Assembly (NCBI GenBank): GCA_965204215.1
Contig: CBDBDZ010000013.1
Span: 1,165,606-1,229,605 of the forward strand
DNA from: Pseudomonadales bacterium
Lineage (GTDB): Bacteria; Pseudomonadota; Gammaproteobacteria; Pseudomonadales; GM7GCV1
DNA length: 64,000 nucleotides
Reading direction: 5' to 3'
The notes beneath the pieces are model-generated. The model saw nothing but the letters and a program-made list of their open reading frames with translations, searched no databases and was not told where the DNA came from. The position numbers were made by a program, and so were the translations under genes. This document shows positions 1 to 9,915 of this stretch, piece by piece (within the stretch, counting starts at the first letter, position 1; every line of letters begins with the position of its first letter).

Positions 1-10
1 AATCGTTAGC

Positions 11-628
11 ATGTGCAGAGCAACAGGTGCAAAAATTAAATGCCAGGGTTATTTAACCGTGAGTAATCAGCTCTACCCTGTATTTTTAAAACTGGATCAA
101 CTCAAAGTGCTTATTGTCGGTGGAGGCAGTATTGTTATTGAAAAAATTCATTCCATATTTGAAAGTAGTCCCAATGCCAATGTTACAGTACAGGCACAGC
201 AAATGAGTGAAGAATTACATTTTTTATTAAAAGGTCACTCCATCAAATATCAGATCAAAGCATTTAAAGCAAATGATGTTAAAAACTATTCCATAGTTAT
301 TGCAGCTACAGAAGATCCAGCATTAAATTGTATGGTTTATCGTGCAGCTAAAGCACATAATTGTTTGGTGAATGTTGCAGATACACCAACATTTTGTGAT
401 TTTTTCTTAGGTGCTATTGTCAATAAAGGCAACTTGAAAATTGCGATATCAACCAATGGTCAATCGCCGACTGTTGCAAAGCGCTTAAAACAATTATTTC
501 AAGATATTATTCCTATTGAAATTAATAGTTTAATTAACAATCTTAATATTATACGTAAACAGTTAAAGACAAACTTTGCAACCAAGGTTAAGCACCTCAA
601 TCAGCTTACCGAATCACTCGTTTCATAA
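11..628 (+). CDS. Siroheme-synthase N-terminal-type enzyme (precorrin-2 dehydrogenase / sirohydrochlorin ferrochelatase, CysG-N/Met8/SirC family)
   Basis: 205-aa ORF with Rossmann motif LKVLIVGGGSIVIEK. The stretch KIAISTNGQSPTVAKRLK resembles the CysG N-domain. The in-frame GTG at 59 (VSNQLYPVFLKL) is a more typical start. Confidence 0.75.
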   Translation: MCRATGAKIKCQGYLTVSNQLYPVFLKLDQLKVLIVGGGSIVIEKIHSIFESSPNANVTVQAQQMSEELHFLLKGHSIKYQIKAFKANDVKNYSIVIAATEDPALNCMVYRAAKAHNCLVNVADTPTFCDFFLGAIVNKGNLKIAISTNGQSPTVAKRLKQLFQDIIPIEINSLINNLNIIRKQLKTNFATKVKHLNQLTESLVS

Positions 629-653
629 TCTAAGATAATGATATCGCGAAGTC

Positions 654-1814
654 ATGTCAACTAGATTTGAAACGGATGCCATTCGCATTCAAACGCCACG
701 AAGTCAAAATAAAGAGCACTCAACACCACTATACCTGACTTCAAGTTTCGTGTTTGATGACGCCAAAGAAGCAGAGGCATTATTTAATGACTTACAAGAA
801 GGCAATGTTTACAGCCGTTTCACTAACCCCAGTGTACGCGAATTTGAATTAAAAATGGCAGCGCTTGAAAAACTGGATGATACACTGGCAACAGCATCTG
901 GAATGGCAGCTATTTTTGTATCCATAATCGGTTTGCTAGAGCAGGGGGATCATTTATTAGTATGCCGTTCTATTTTTGGTAACACTCACAAAATTGTTCG
1001 CGATATACTGCCGCGTTACGGTATTAGTAGCACCTATGTCGATATTAACCAAGCCGAAGTGTGGGAAGCAGCGATTCAACCCAATACCAAGATGATTTTT
1101 GTTGAAAGTCCATCTAACCCCAAGCTGGATATTATTGACCTCAACTGGCTTAGTCAGTTAGCCAAAAAACACAATGTACTGACTAATGTTGATAACTGTA
1201 TGGCAACACCTTATCTACAACAACCAGCAAGTTTTGGTATTGATATTGTTACCCACTCCGCAACTAAATTTATCGACGGTCAAGGTAGAGTCTTGGGTGG
1301 TGCTATTGTTAGCAACAACAAAATTATAGAAAAACTTCGCAAATTTAACCGGCCAACTGGCGCCAGCCTGTCACCTTTTAATGCCTGGGTACTATCCAAA
1401 AGCCTGGAAACATTAGCCCTAAGAATGGACAGGCACAGTGCTAATGCTTTGGCTGTGGCGCAATATCTGGAAAATCATAACGCGGTAAAGCGTGTCTATT
1501 ACCCTTTTTTGCCATCTCACCCACAATATCAATTAGCTAACAGACAAATGAACACAGGTGGCGCATTAGTAGGTTTTGAAATGAAAAATGGTAAGGCTGC
1601 TGACTTTCTCGACAACTTGAAAATGATCTCTCTGACAGGTAATTTAGGCGATACAAGAAGTATTGCAACCCATCCAGCCTCAACCACGCATTCCAGGTTA
1701 AACACTGAAGAACTACAACTAGCAGGTATTACGCATAGCTTCATTCGCATATCAGTAGGGTTAGAGCATATAAGAGATATTATTGAGGATATAGAACAGG
1801 CAATTAGTCTATAG
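654..1814 (+). CDS. metZ: O-succinylhomoserine sulfhydrylase (PLP-dependent Cys/Met metabolism family)
   Basis: 386 aa. The N-terminus (TRFETDAIR...HSTPLYLTSSFVF) and the PLP-lysine context (THSATKFIDGQGRVLGG) are typical of MetZ. Confidence 0.8.
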   Translation: MSTRFETDAIRIQTPRSQNKEHSTPLYLTSSFVFDDAKEAEALFNDLQEGNVYSRFTNPSVREFELKMAALEKLDDTLATASGMAAIFVSIIGLLEQGDHLLVCRSIFGNTHKIVRDILPRYGISSTYVDINQAEVWEAAIQPNTKMIFVESPSNPKLDIIDLNWLSQLAKKHNVLTNVDNCMATPYLQQPASFGIDIVTHSATKFIDGQGRVLGGAIVSNNKIIEKLRKFNRPTGASLSPFNAWVLSKSLETLALRMDRHSANALAVAQYLENHNAVKRVYYPFLPSHPQYQLANRQMNTGGALVGFEMKNGKAADFLDNLKMISLTGNLGDTRSIATHPASTTHSRLNTEELQLAGITHSFIRISVGLEHIRDIIEDIEQAISL

Positions 1815-1956
1815 AGAGTTTTGAGTAATACAGTGTTGTATTGTGGGACTTTTCATTTGTACAAAAAGCATGAAGTATTAAACTGATTTTTATTAAGTAG
1901 TTTGAGTTAAAGACAAAATACAGTATTATTAACGGATTTTTCTCATAATACAGAAT

Positions 1957-2148
1957 ATGCATAACCCTGACGATTTATCCAGCGAAGATATTGAGCGCGT
2001 TAACAACGTTATTAATAGTGGTTATAACGATACTCAACGTGGACCCTTTCGGTTTTGGCGCTTACTTGGTATCTTATGGGCAATCGTTACCCTGCTTGGC
2101 TTGATTGCTTTGGGGTTAGGTCGATATATGGAAAATAATTTGTTATAA
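1957..2148 (+). CDS. Small membrane protein (DUF3094-like)
   Basis: 63-aa ORF with a polar N-half and one C-terminal TM helix (FWRLLGILWAIVTLLGLIALGL). Its position between metZ and the transporter gene is free of competing ORFs. Confidence 0.55.
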   Translation: MHNPDDLSSEDIERVNNVINSGYNDTQRGPFRFWRLLGILWAIVTLLGLIALGLGRYMENNLL

Positions 2149-2156
2149 CATTAAAT

Positions 2157-3182
2157 ATGAATCAATTATCCACCGCGTCAATAACGCTCATTGTCAGCGC
2201 TAGTTTTGTTATTGTTATCGCTGGTCTTAAAATTGCCAGTCCGATTATATTGCCCTTTGTTTTAGCAGTATTTATAGCTTTGTTGATGACTCCTATGATT
2301 AATTTCTTCAATGCTAAAGGTTTACCTAATGGGTTATCTATTTTACTCGGGATAATGTTACTGATTGGTTTCGGTATGCTAATTGGTTCATTAGTTGGTA
2401 ATTCTGTTACCCAATTCATTGCCAATTCTGAAAGTTATCAACAGCGTTTAGATGTACTCTTTACCAGCGCAGCGGATTTTTTTAAACAGTTTGATATTGA
2501 TATCAGTTTTGAATTACTGCATGAACATCTAAACCCGGCAGCGATATTTCCACTGGCAACTAATTTATTGAATGCAGTAGGTGGCGTGCTTGCTAATACT
2601 TTTATTATTGTGTTGTTTTTAATTTTTATTCTGACAGAAGATATCGGGCTTTATGAGCGTCTTAAACTGGCCTTTCCAGAGCAACATGAAAGCCTAACGA
2701 CGATACAAACGATTAACAGCAAAATTACAAAATACATGGGAATTAAAACTGCCATTAGCTTAGCTACTGGTTTAACCATATATATCGGTTTGTTGATTAT
2801 TGGCGTCGACTATCCGCTACTTTGGGGGTTTTTAGCGTTTTTACTTAATTTTATTCCTAATTTTGGTTCATTAATTGCAGCAGTACCACCTATTTTGCTG
2901 GCTCTTCTGCAATTAGGGCCAGTACATGCGTTAATTACCACTGGGTTGTATTTTGTAAGCAATACGCTTTATGGTAATGTCATTGAGCCCAAAGTGCTGG
3001 GTGACGGGTTAGGTATATCACCTATTGTAGTATTGGTTTCATTAGTGTTTTGGGGGTGGATCTGGGGTCCTGTCGGTATGATTTTATCCGTGCCATTAAC
3101 CGTAATGATCATGTTGGTAATGGAATCCAGTGACAATACAAAATGGGTGTCGGTCTTATTGTCATCGCAGAAAATACCATAA
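2157..3182 (+). CDS. AI-2E family transporter (PerM/YhhT-like permease)
   Basis: 341-aa polytopic membrane protein with the conserved C-terminal core (LNFIPNFGSLIAAVPP ... VEPKVLGDGLGISP ... WGWIWGPVGMILSVPLT). Confidence 0.85.
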   Translation: MNQLSTASITLIVSASFVIVIAGLKIASPIILPFVLAVFIALLMTPMINFFNAKGLPNGLSILLGIMLLIGFGMLIGSLVGNSVTQFIANSESYQQRLDVLFTSAADFFKQFDIDISFELLHEHLNPAAIFPLATNLLNAVGGVLANTFIIVLFLIFILTEDIGLYERLKLAFPEQHESLTTIQTINSKITKYMGIKTAISLATGLTIYIGLLIIGVDYPLLWGFLAFLLNFIPNFGSLIAAVPPILLALLQLGPVHALITTGLYFVSNTLYGNVIEPKVLGDGLGISPIVVLVSLVFWGWIWGPVGMILSVPLTVMIMLVMESSDNTKWVSVLLSSQKIP

Positions 3183-3183
3183 A

Positions 3184-4563
3184 GTGCATATTTATATTTT
3201 AGGAATAGGCGGTACTTTTATGGGGAGTCTTGCGCAACTAGCCAGTGCTAGTAGCTATCAGGTATCAGGTTGTGATAAAAACGTATATTCGCCTATGTTG
3301 GAACAATTAGAGCAAGCCAATATTAAATGGAAAGAGGGTTACGACGCTAATCAAATTAATGACGATATTGATTTATATGTCATCGGTAACAACATTAGCC
3401 GAGGCAATCCGCTGTTAGAAGCTATTCTTAATCGAAACCTGCCTTATACCTCAGGCCCTCAATTGTTGTGCGATTACATACTGCGCGAAAAATGGGTGCT
3501 GGCCTGCGCTGGAACACACGGCAAAACCACTACAAGTTCAATGCTGTCCTGGGTGTTAGAATATGCAGGTATGAAACCTGGATTTCTAATAGGTGGTGTA
3601 CCATCGAATTTTGGTTATTCAGCCACTTTAGGTGACAGTGATTTTTTTGTGATTGAAGCCGATGAATACGACAGCGCTTTTTTTGATAAGCGCTCAAAGT
3701 TTATTCATTATCGACCACGCACTTTAATTGTTAATAATCTGGAATTTGACCACGCCGATATTTTTGATGATTTAGCAGCGATTCAACGTCAATGTCATCA
3801 TTTAATTCGTACCTTGCCAGAATGTGCACTTTTAATTACCCCTGAAGGTGTAACCGCAATAGAACAAGTCATAGAGCAGGGTTGTTACTCGGAACGTCAA
3901 TTAACCAGTAGCACAAATGATAGTGCCCATTGGTATGCCAAAGCGCTGAATAACGATAGCAGTCACTTTGATGTGTACCATTTAGGTACTGTTGTAGCTC
4001 AAGTTAATTGGCAATTAACAGGGGAGCATAACATAGCAAATGCTATAGCGGTATTTGCAGCGGCTATGCATGTTGGTGTGAAAGCGGAAATTACAGCAAA
4101 AGCATTAGCAACATTTAAAGGTGTAAAACGACGTATGGAATTGTTGCGTGAAAGTGTCAATGATAATCGAAAGATATATTTTTATGATGATTTTGCTCAT
4201 CACCCCACGGCGATAACTACAACTTTAGAAGGGTTGCGCAACAAAGTTGACAATGCTGTTATTGTAGCCTTAATTGAGCCACGCAGTAATACCATGAAAA
4301 TGGGAGTGCATCAACAACAATTATTAACTTCGGTTGCAACGGCAAATATTGCGCTTTGGTACCAAAATGCCCGTGTTGATTGGGCTATGAGTGAATTATT
4401 AGACCAGGGTAATAGTAGCGTAAGGTATCATATTGACGATATTGTTGAAAACTGTAAAGCCTATCTTAAAATTTATGACTCGCAAGACATTTATTTTGTG
4501 ATGATGAGTAATGGAAATTTTGATGGCATTCATCAAAAATTGATTGATGCACTGACAAATTAA
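3184..4563 (+). CDS. mpl: UDP-N-acetylmuramate:L-alanyl-gamma-D-glutamyl-meso-diaminopimelate ligase (murein peptide ligase)
   Basis: Mur-ligase family with Mpl-type N-terminus (V)HIYILGIGGTFMGSLAQLA and ATP motif GTHGKTTTSSM. The start was moved to GTG 3184, because the ORF-track start at 3130 overlaps the upstream gene with unrelated sequence. Confidence 0.9.
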   Translation: MHIYILGIGGTFMGSLAQLASASSYQVSGCDKNVYSPMLEQLEQANIKWKEGYDANQINDDIDLYVIGNNISRGNPLLEAILNRNLPYTSGPQLLCDYILREKWVLACAGTHGKTTTSSMLSWVLEYAGMKPGFLIGGVPSNFGYSATLGDSDFFVIEADEYDSAFFDKRSKFIHYRPRTLIVNNLEFDHADIFDDLAAIQRQCHHLIRTLPECALLITPEGVTAIEQVIEQGCYSERQLTSSTNDSAHWYAKALNNDSSHFDVYHLGTVVAQVNWQLTGEHNIANAIAVFAAAMHVGVKAEITAKALATFKGVKRRMELLRESVNDNRKIYFYDDFAHHPTAITTTLEGLRNKVDNAVIVALIEPRSNTMKMGVHQQQLLTSVATANIALWYQNARVDWAMSELLDQGNSSVRYHIDDIVENCKAYLKIYDSQDIYFVMMSNGNFDGIHQKLIDALTN

Positions 4564-4565
4564 CC

Positions 4566-7082
4566 ATGCTTAATTCTCTTGTCCAATTGTATTTACGTTT
4601 GGTTATACAGCGTAAATTTGTAATGCTTTTCTTCTATAGTTTGATTATTGCAATCAGTTTGGTTGGTGTACCCAAGTTTGCAATTGATGCTTCGTCAGAT
4701 TCTATTTTACTGGAAGGAGACAGTTCTCTGCAATTTTATCAACAATCGTTAAGGCGGTTTAATTCAGGTGATATTTTGGTTGTGGCATATAGCACAAAAC
4801 AGGGCGATGTATACAGCAATAAGGCTATTTCACAAATTAGCGAATTGACAAAGCGACTGAAACAAATTAACAGAGTTCAAAGTGTTATTTCCATAACTAA
4901 CGCGCCATTATTTTTTAGCCCTAAAGGCGACATTCAGGCGTTGCTTCGAACACCAAGAACCTTAACCTCAGAGGGCACAGATAAGAATTTGGCAGCCAAA
5001 GAATTTGATTTTAACCCACTGTATAAAAACACATTAGTAAGTGCTGACAGGAAGAGTACCGTTATTTTACTTAATTTATCGGTTAATCAGGATTACCTGC
5101 AATTAGTGCTAGAGCGCGATGCACTCTTAAAGCAGCAAGAGTTGAATGGCCTATCAGATGTGCAGAAGATACAATTGAAGCATCTAAAGCAATCCATTAG
5201 CAGTATGGCTACACAGAGTCAAAAGGATGACAGGCTATTTATTCAGCAAATTGAAGCGATTGCATCACACTATAAGCAAAGTGCTGATATTGAAATTGGT
5301 GGCGCTACCATGATTACGGTAAATATGATCGATTTCGTTAAACAAGATATGCAGCTATTCGGCTCACTTATTGTGTTAATGGTTGTTTTGGTATTATGGC
5401 TACTGTTTAAACAATGGCAATTGGTGTTATTGCCTTTAATCAGTTGCCTGTCTATTATCGTTATTATGATAGGTATGTTGGGATGGCTAAATTGGAAAGT
5501 AACACTAATATCTTCTAACTTTGCTATTTTTCTCTTTATCGTATCACTTGCGACTTGTATCCACTTGTTAATCCGCTTTAAAGAATTTTATCATGAAGGA
5601 GGAAGTTATAGTCTGGATGAGTCTATCATCGCTATGTTAAAGCGCATGTGGAGTCCGTGTCTGTACAATATGTTCACAACTGTATTAGCTTTTTCATCGT
5701 TAGTAGTCAGTGGTATTCGACCAGTGATAGACTTTGGCTGGATTATGGCAATTGGTGTGTTTCTGGCCTTGTTGCTTTGTTTTGTGATTATTCCGGTTGG
5801 ATTAGGGTTATTTAATCATTTACCTAGACAAAATCTTTCTCAGCGTCAAGGACAATGGCTTAATCATCTCGGTCATTGGGTAACAGAACATCATCGCAGT
5901 ATTATGGTAATGACTTTAGTTGTTACGATTATTGCAGTGACAGGACTGTTTAAATTAAGCGTTGAAAACCGTTTTATCGACTTTTTTAAAGAAGGCACGA
6001 CGGTTGCCAGAAACATGACATTCATTGACAGGCATTTTGGTGGCACAATGCCTTTGGATATTATACTCAGTGCACCAGCTAAAATGGAAATAAGCGAAAC
6101 GGTCGATAGCAGCCAATTAACAGATGATGAGCTTTTTACAGATGAGGATTTATTTGCCGAAGATGACTTGTTTAAAGATGAAGGTTCCGAACAAGAAGTG
6201 CTAATCACCTATTGGTGGAGTCGTGCAGGTATTGAACAAATTCAGAAGCTGCACAATTTTTTAGAACAACAGCCTGAAATTGGCAAGGTTTACTCACTGG
6301 CAACGGGTTACCAGTTAGCAACACAATTGTTGAATATCGAAATTGGTGATGTAGAGCTATCCATATTACGCAAGCAGCTAGGTGATGTGGAAGAGCAAAT
6401 TGTGACACCTTTTTTGGATGACGAAGTGAATCAGACACGTATCAGTATGCGTATTTTTGAAACCACAGAACATCTGAATCGCAATGAGTTAATGCAGCGT
6501 ATTCAACATTTTGCAGAAAAAGACATGCAGTTAAAACCTGAACAATTTCACTACACAGGACTTATGCATCTTTACAACAATATGTTACAGAGCTTATACA
6601 ATTCTCAAATCCTGACTCTGGCAACCGTATTTATTGCAATTTTTATGATGGTAGCTATATTATTTCGCTCATTTATTTTAGCGGCAATAGCCATTACTCC
6701 TAATATAATCGCAGCATTGCTTATTTTAGGAATGATGGGGCATACAGGAATATCGTTAGATTTTATGACCATAACCATAGCTGCCATCACCATAGGAATT
6801 GGAATTGATTACGCCATTCACTACATCTACCGCTTTAAACATGAATTAGCTGAACAGGACAACAGTGTACAGGCTATTACCAATAGTCACAGCAGTATTG
6901 GACGTTCACTTTTATTTTCAGCACTGACAATAATTTGCGGATTTTCAGTCTTACTATTCTCAAATTTTATTCCGTTGGTTTCTTTTGCTATATTAACATC
7001 CATTGCTATGTTAAGTGCTTTAATCGGCGTGATGACATTAGTTCCCAGATTGTTGTTATTACGTTATAAATCCACTGATTAG
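4566..7082 (+). CDS. MMPL/RND-superfamily exporter (two 6-TM bundles with two large periplasmic loops)
   Basis: 838 aa. Two hydrophobic blocks (about residues 255-420 and 680-830) are separated by soluble loops. The architecture is that of MMPL/hopanoid-transporter-like RND proteins. Confidence 0.8.
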   Translation: MLNSLVQLYLRLVIQRKFVMLFFYSLIIAISLVGVPKFAIDASSDSILLEGDSSLQFYQQSLRRFNSGDILVVAYSTKQGDVYSNKAISQISELTKRLKQINRVQSVISITNAPLFFSPKGDIQALLRTPRTLTSEGTDKNLAAKEFDFNPLYKNTLVSADRKSTVILLNLSVNQDYLQLVLERDALLKQQELNGLSDVQKIQLKHLKQSISSMATQSQKDDRLFIQQIEAIASHYKQSADIEIGGATMITVNMIDFVKQDMQLFGSLIVLMVVLVLWLLFKQWQLVLLPLISCLSIIVIMIGMLGWLNWKVTLISSNFAIFLFIVSLATCIHLLIRFKEFYHEGGSYSLDESIIAMLKRMWSPCLYNMFTTVLAFSSLVVSGIRPVIDFGWIMAIGVFLALLLCFVIIPVGLGLFNHLPRQNLSQRQGQWLNHLGHWVTEHHRSIMVMTLVVTIIAVTGLFKLSVENRFIDFFKEGTTVARNMTFIDRHFGGTMPLDIILSAPAKMEISETVDSSQLTDDELFTDEDLFAEDDLFKDEGSEQEVLITYWWSRAGIEQIQKLHNFLEQQPEIGKVYSLATGYQLATQLLNIEIGDVELSILRKQLGDVEEQIVTPFLDDEVNQTRISMRIFETTEHLNRNELMQRIQHFAEKDMQLKPEQFHYTGLMHLYNNMLQSLYNSQILTLATVFIAIFMMVAILFRSFILAAIAITPNIIAALLILGMMGHTGISLDFMTITIAAITIGIGIDYAIHYIYRFKHELAEQDNSVQAITNSHSSIGRSLLFSALTIICGFSVLLFSNFIPLVSFAILTSIAMLSALIGVMTLVPRLLLLRYKSTD

Positions 7083-7085
7083 TTG

Positions 7086-7676
7086 ATGCCATCACTGCGA
7101 CAAATCTTCCTGCGATCGATTGCCATTGTATTGATTATGGGGTTGGTGGGTTGTCAAACCTATCCGCCAAGTGATATTAACAACCTCTGCGTTATCTTTA
7201 AAGAAAAGCGGGCATGGTATAAACAGGCTAAAGCAGTGGAAAAACGCCGTGGTACACCCATTCCTGTTATGATGGCATTTATCCATCAGGAATCCAGTTT
7301 TAAAGCCAATGCCAGACCTGGTCGTATTGAGATATTGGGCGTTAAATTGTGGCGTAAAAGTAGCTCTTACGGCTATTCGCAGGCTAAAGATGGAACTTGG
7401 GACTGGTACCGCGACAAAGCCAACAAACCTTTGGCAAGACGCAATAATTTTGCCGATGCGTTAGATTTTATTGGTTGGTATAACTCAGTCAGCAAGCGCA
7501 GTGCAGGTACAGCATTGACAGATGCCTATAACCTGTATTTAGCCTACCACGAAGGACATGGAGGTTTTAAACGCAAAAATCACAATAAGAAAAAATGGTT
7601 ATTAGCTGTGGCAAAAAAAGTGGAAAATCGTTCTAAAATATATACCCAACAACTTGGAAGTTGCAAGTTGCGTTAA
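7086..7676 (+). CDS. Lipoprotein with lytic-transglycosylase-like (SLT-like) region
   Basis: Signal peptide with lipobox (LIMGLVGC). The motif FIHQESSFKANARP resembles the catalytic-Glu region of SLT-type transglycosylases. The ATG at 7086 is preferred over the TTG at 7083. Confidence 0.65.
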   Translation: MPSLRQIFLRSIAIVLIMGLVGCQTYPPSDINNLCVIFKEKRAWYKQAKAVEKRRGTPIPVMMAFIHQESSFKANARPGRIEILGVKLWRKSSSYGYSQAKDGTWDWYRDKANKPLARRNNFADALDFIGWYNSVSKRSAGTALTDAYNLYLAYHEGHGGFKRKNHNKKKWLLAVAKKVENRSKIYTQQLGSCKLR

Positions 7677-7694
7677 TACAAAGGGTGGCGATTA

Positions 7695-7919
7695 ATGGCT
7701 TTTTGGGCTAAATTGAAAAAACAAAGGCAATCTAAAATGCCACTATTGCTATGCATTGTATTTGTTGCTGCCTGTTATCACTACTTTCCAGTCGACTGGA
7801 ATGAAGTGACTCAAGTTCTGTTAGCCATATTGATGCTAATAGGGCTTGTTATAATAGCAGCAATTGTAACGGTAGCGTTTATCAATGGAATTAAAAAACT
7901 TTTTAACAAGTCTTCCTGA
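7695..7919 (+). CDS. Small membrane protein, hypothetical
   Basis: 74-aa ORF with two predicted TM helices. It fills the intergenic gap on the same strand as its neighbours. No recognisable family. Confidence 0.4.
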   Translation: MAFWAKLKKQRQSKMPLLLCIVFVAACYHYFPVDWNEVTQVLLAILMLIGLVIIAAIVTVAFINGIKKLFNKSS

Positions 7920-7931
7920 TAGTTAGAGTCA

Positions 7932-8888
7932 ATGCGTAAAATACTTATTACAGGTGCAAATGGCTTTATTGGAAAGCAGTTAGTCAGAGATTTAAGTGCA
8001 GACTATTCCATTATAGGAACGGTTAGAAACCAAAGTGCTGAAAGCAGCCAGCAAAATATTCAAATTAGTGCCTGTAACTTTAATGAATCTACTAACTGGG
8101 GTGTACTGTTAAAGGGTGTTGAATGCGTGATTCATTGTGCAGCAAGGGCGCACAAAATGAAGGATACGGCTGTTGACCCTTATGCAGAATTTTATAAAAC
8201 CAATACCTTATCTACCATTAATCTGGCAAAACAAGCAGCTATTAATGGTGTCAAACGCTTTATATTTATTAGCTCTGTTAAAGTTAATGGCGAGCTTACT
8301 ACGGAAAAAGCCTTTAGCAATAATGACAGTATTGATATATCCAATCCCAACCTTGATGATTATGGACGCTCAAAATATCAGGCAGAACAAAAAATAGAGT
8401 CTATTGCCCGGCAATCAGATATACAGGTTATCACTCTGCGCTTGCCACTGGTTTATGGTGTTGGAGTGAAAGGTAACCTCGATGCTTTGGTTCAGACATT
8501 GAGTAACAATCTTCCGCTACCCTTAGGTGCAATCACAAATAAGCGCAGTATGCTTTACGTAAAAAATTTAAGTGCGTTAATTGCTAAAATATTGACCACT
8601 GAAATTAACGATACTTATTCGATATGGATGGTAAGCGATAATGACGATATTTCTACCACCGAATTATTGCAATCAATGAAACAAGCCTTAAATAGCCGCT
8701 CATGGTTAATACCCATACCCCAATGGTTGCTTAAAGCCATGGGGAAAATAATCGCTAAAGAAAAATTACTGCGCCTGACATCTAACTTGCAAATAAATTG
8801 CGAACCTACATTAAATGCTTTCAATTGGCAGCCACCATATAGTGCCAGACAGGGCATATTAGATGCTTTTTCGAGTGCACAAAAATGA
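7932..8888 (+). CDS. NAD-dependent sugar epimerase/dehydratase (extended SDR, UDP-hexose 4-epimerase-like)
   Basis: Contains ILITGANGFIGKQL (GxxGxxG) and YGRSKYQAE (YxxxK). Its stop overlaps the start of the downstream glycosyl-1-phosphate transferase gene. Confidence 0.85.
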   Translation: MRKILITGANGFIGKQLVRDLSADYSIIGTVRNQSAESSQQNIQISACNFNESTNWGVLLKGVECVIHCAARAHKMKDTAVDPYAEFYKTNTLSTINLAKQAAINGVKRFIFISSVKVNGELTTEKAFSNNDSIDISNPNLDDYGRSKYQAEQKIESIARQSDIQVITLRLPLVYGVGVKGNLDALVQTLSNNLPLPLGAITNKRSMLYVKNLSALIAKILTTEINDTYSIWMVSDNDDISTTELLQSMKQALNSRSWLIPIPQWLLKAMGKIIAKEKLLRLTSNLQINCEPTLNAFNWQPPYSARQGILDAFSSAQK

Positions 8889-9913
8889 TTTACCTGTTAG
8901 TCATCCTGAGTTTTGCTCTAGCTGCCCCTTTAACTTTTTTGGCAAGGCACTACGCCATTAAGAAACAGCTAGTCGATATACCTGATGAACGTCGCAATCA
9001 CAGGCAGGCTACTCCGCGCGGTGGCGGTATTGGTTTTGTCATTAGCTTCAGTACATTGTTGATTGTAGTGACGCTAATGGATTTAATTGTAATGAATATC
9101 AGCCTTGTTATGCTTGCAAGCATTATTCTGATTACTGCTATGGGTTATATGGATGACCACAGAAATATCTCGTCAATATCACGCCTTGCCTCTCAAGTGA
9201 TTGCCGCCGTGGGTGTCATGTTGTTTCTGCCTCTGCCAGAAAGTTTTCATGTAATTGCCAACTTTTATGTAACAGGCTGGGCGTTACAGGCAGGAGTGTT
9301 TATCAGTATTATTTGGCTCATTAATGTTTATAATTTTATGGATGGCATTGATGGTATTACATCTATCGAGGTGATAAGTGTTTGTTTGTTAATGTACTTG
9401 TTATTGTTCTGGCAAAATGACTTAAACAATCAGGCATTATTGTTGTTGTTACTGCCAGCAGCAGTAACAGGCTTTTTACTTTTTAACTGGCCGCCTGCCA
9501 GTATTTTTATGGGTGATGTAGGTAGTTGTTTTCTCGGATTGGTTATGGGTATAATGTCATTGTTGCTTTGGAGTATAGGCGATGCCAATATGTGGGCATG
9601 GGTTATTCTTCAAGGTGTTTTTGTAATTGATAGTGTGGTGACATTGCTCAGGCGCGCAGCCAGAGGTGTTAAAGTGTTTGATGCCCACAGCCAACACGCC
9701 TTTCAACATGCATTTCGACGCTTTAATAGCGCTCATAAAATATTAATGGCATCGTTTATTATAAAATTACTGTGGTTAGCTCCCTGGGCTTATGCTGTTG
9801 TCAACCTTTATGTTTCGCCACTAATTGGGTTGGTGCTAGCTTATATACCATTAGTCGTTATTACTTTTTATTTTAAAGCTGGTAGCGAAAACCAAAACAC
9901 AACAACACATTAA
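8885..9913 (+). CDS. Glycosyltransferase family 4 polyprenyl-phosphate sugar-1-phosphate transferase (WecA/WbpL/MraY-like)
   Basis: 342-aa polytopic membrane protein with YMDDHRN and NFMDGIDG motifs characteristic of the MraY/WecA superfamily. Confidence 0.85.
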   Translation: MIYLLVILSFALAAPLTFLARHYAIKKQLVDIPDERRNHRQATPRGGGIGFVISFSTLLIVVTLMDLIVMNISLVMLASIILITAMGYMDDHRNISSISRLASQVIAAVGVMLFLPLPESFHVIANFYVTGWALQAGVFISIIWLINVYNFMDGIDGITSIEVISVCLLMYLLLFWQNDLNNQALLLLLLPAAVTGFLLFNWPPASIFMGDVGSCFLGLVMGIMSLLLWSIGDANMWAWVILQGVFVIDSVVTLLRRAARGVKVFDAHSQHAFQHAFRRFNSAHKILMASFIIKLLWLAPWAYAVVNLYVSPLIGLVLAYIPLVVITFYFKAGSENQNTTTH

Positions 9914-9915
9914 CT

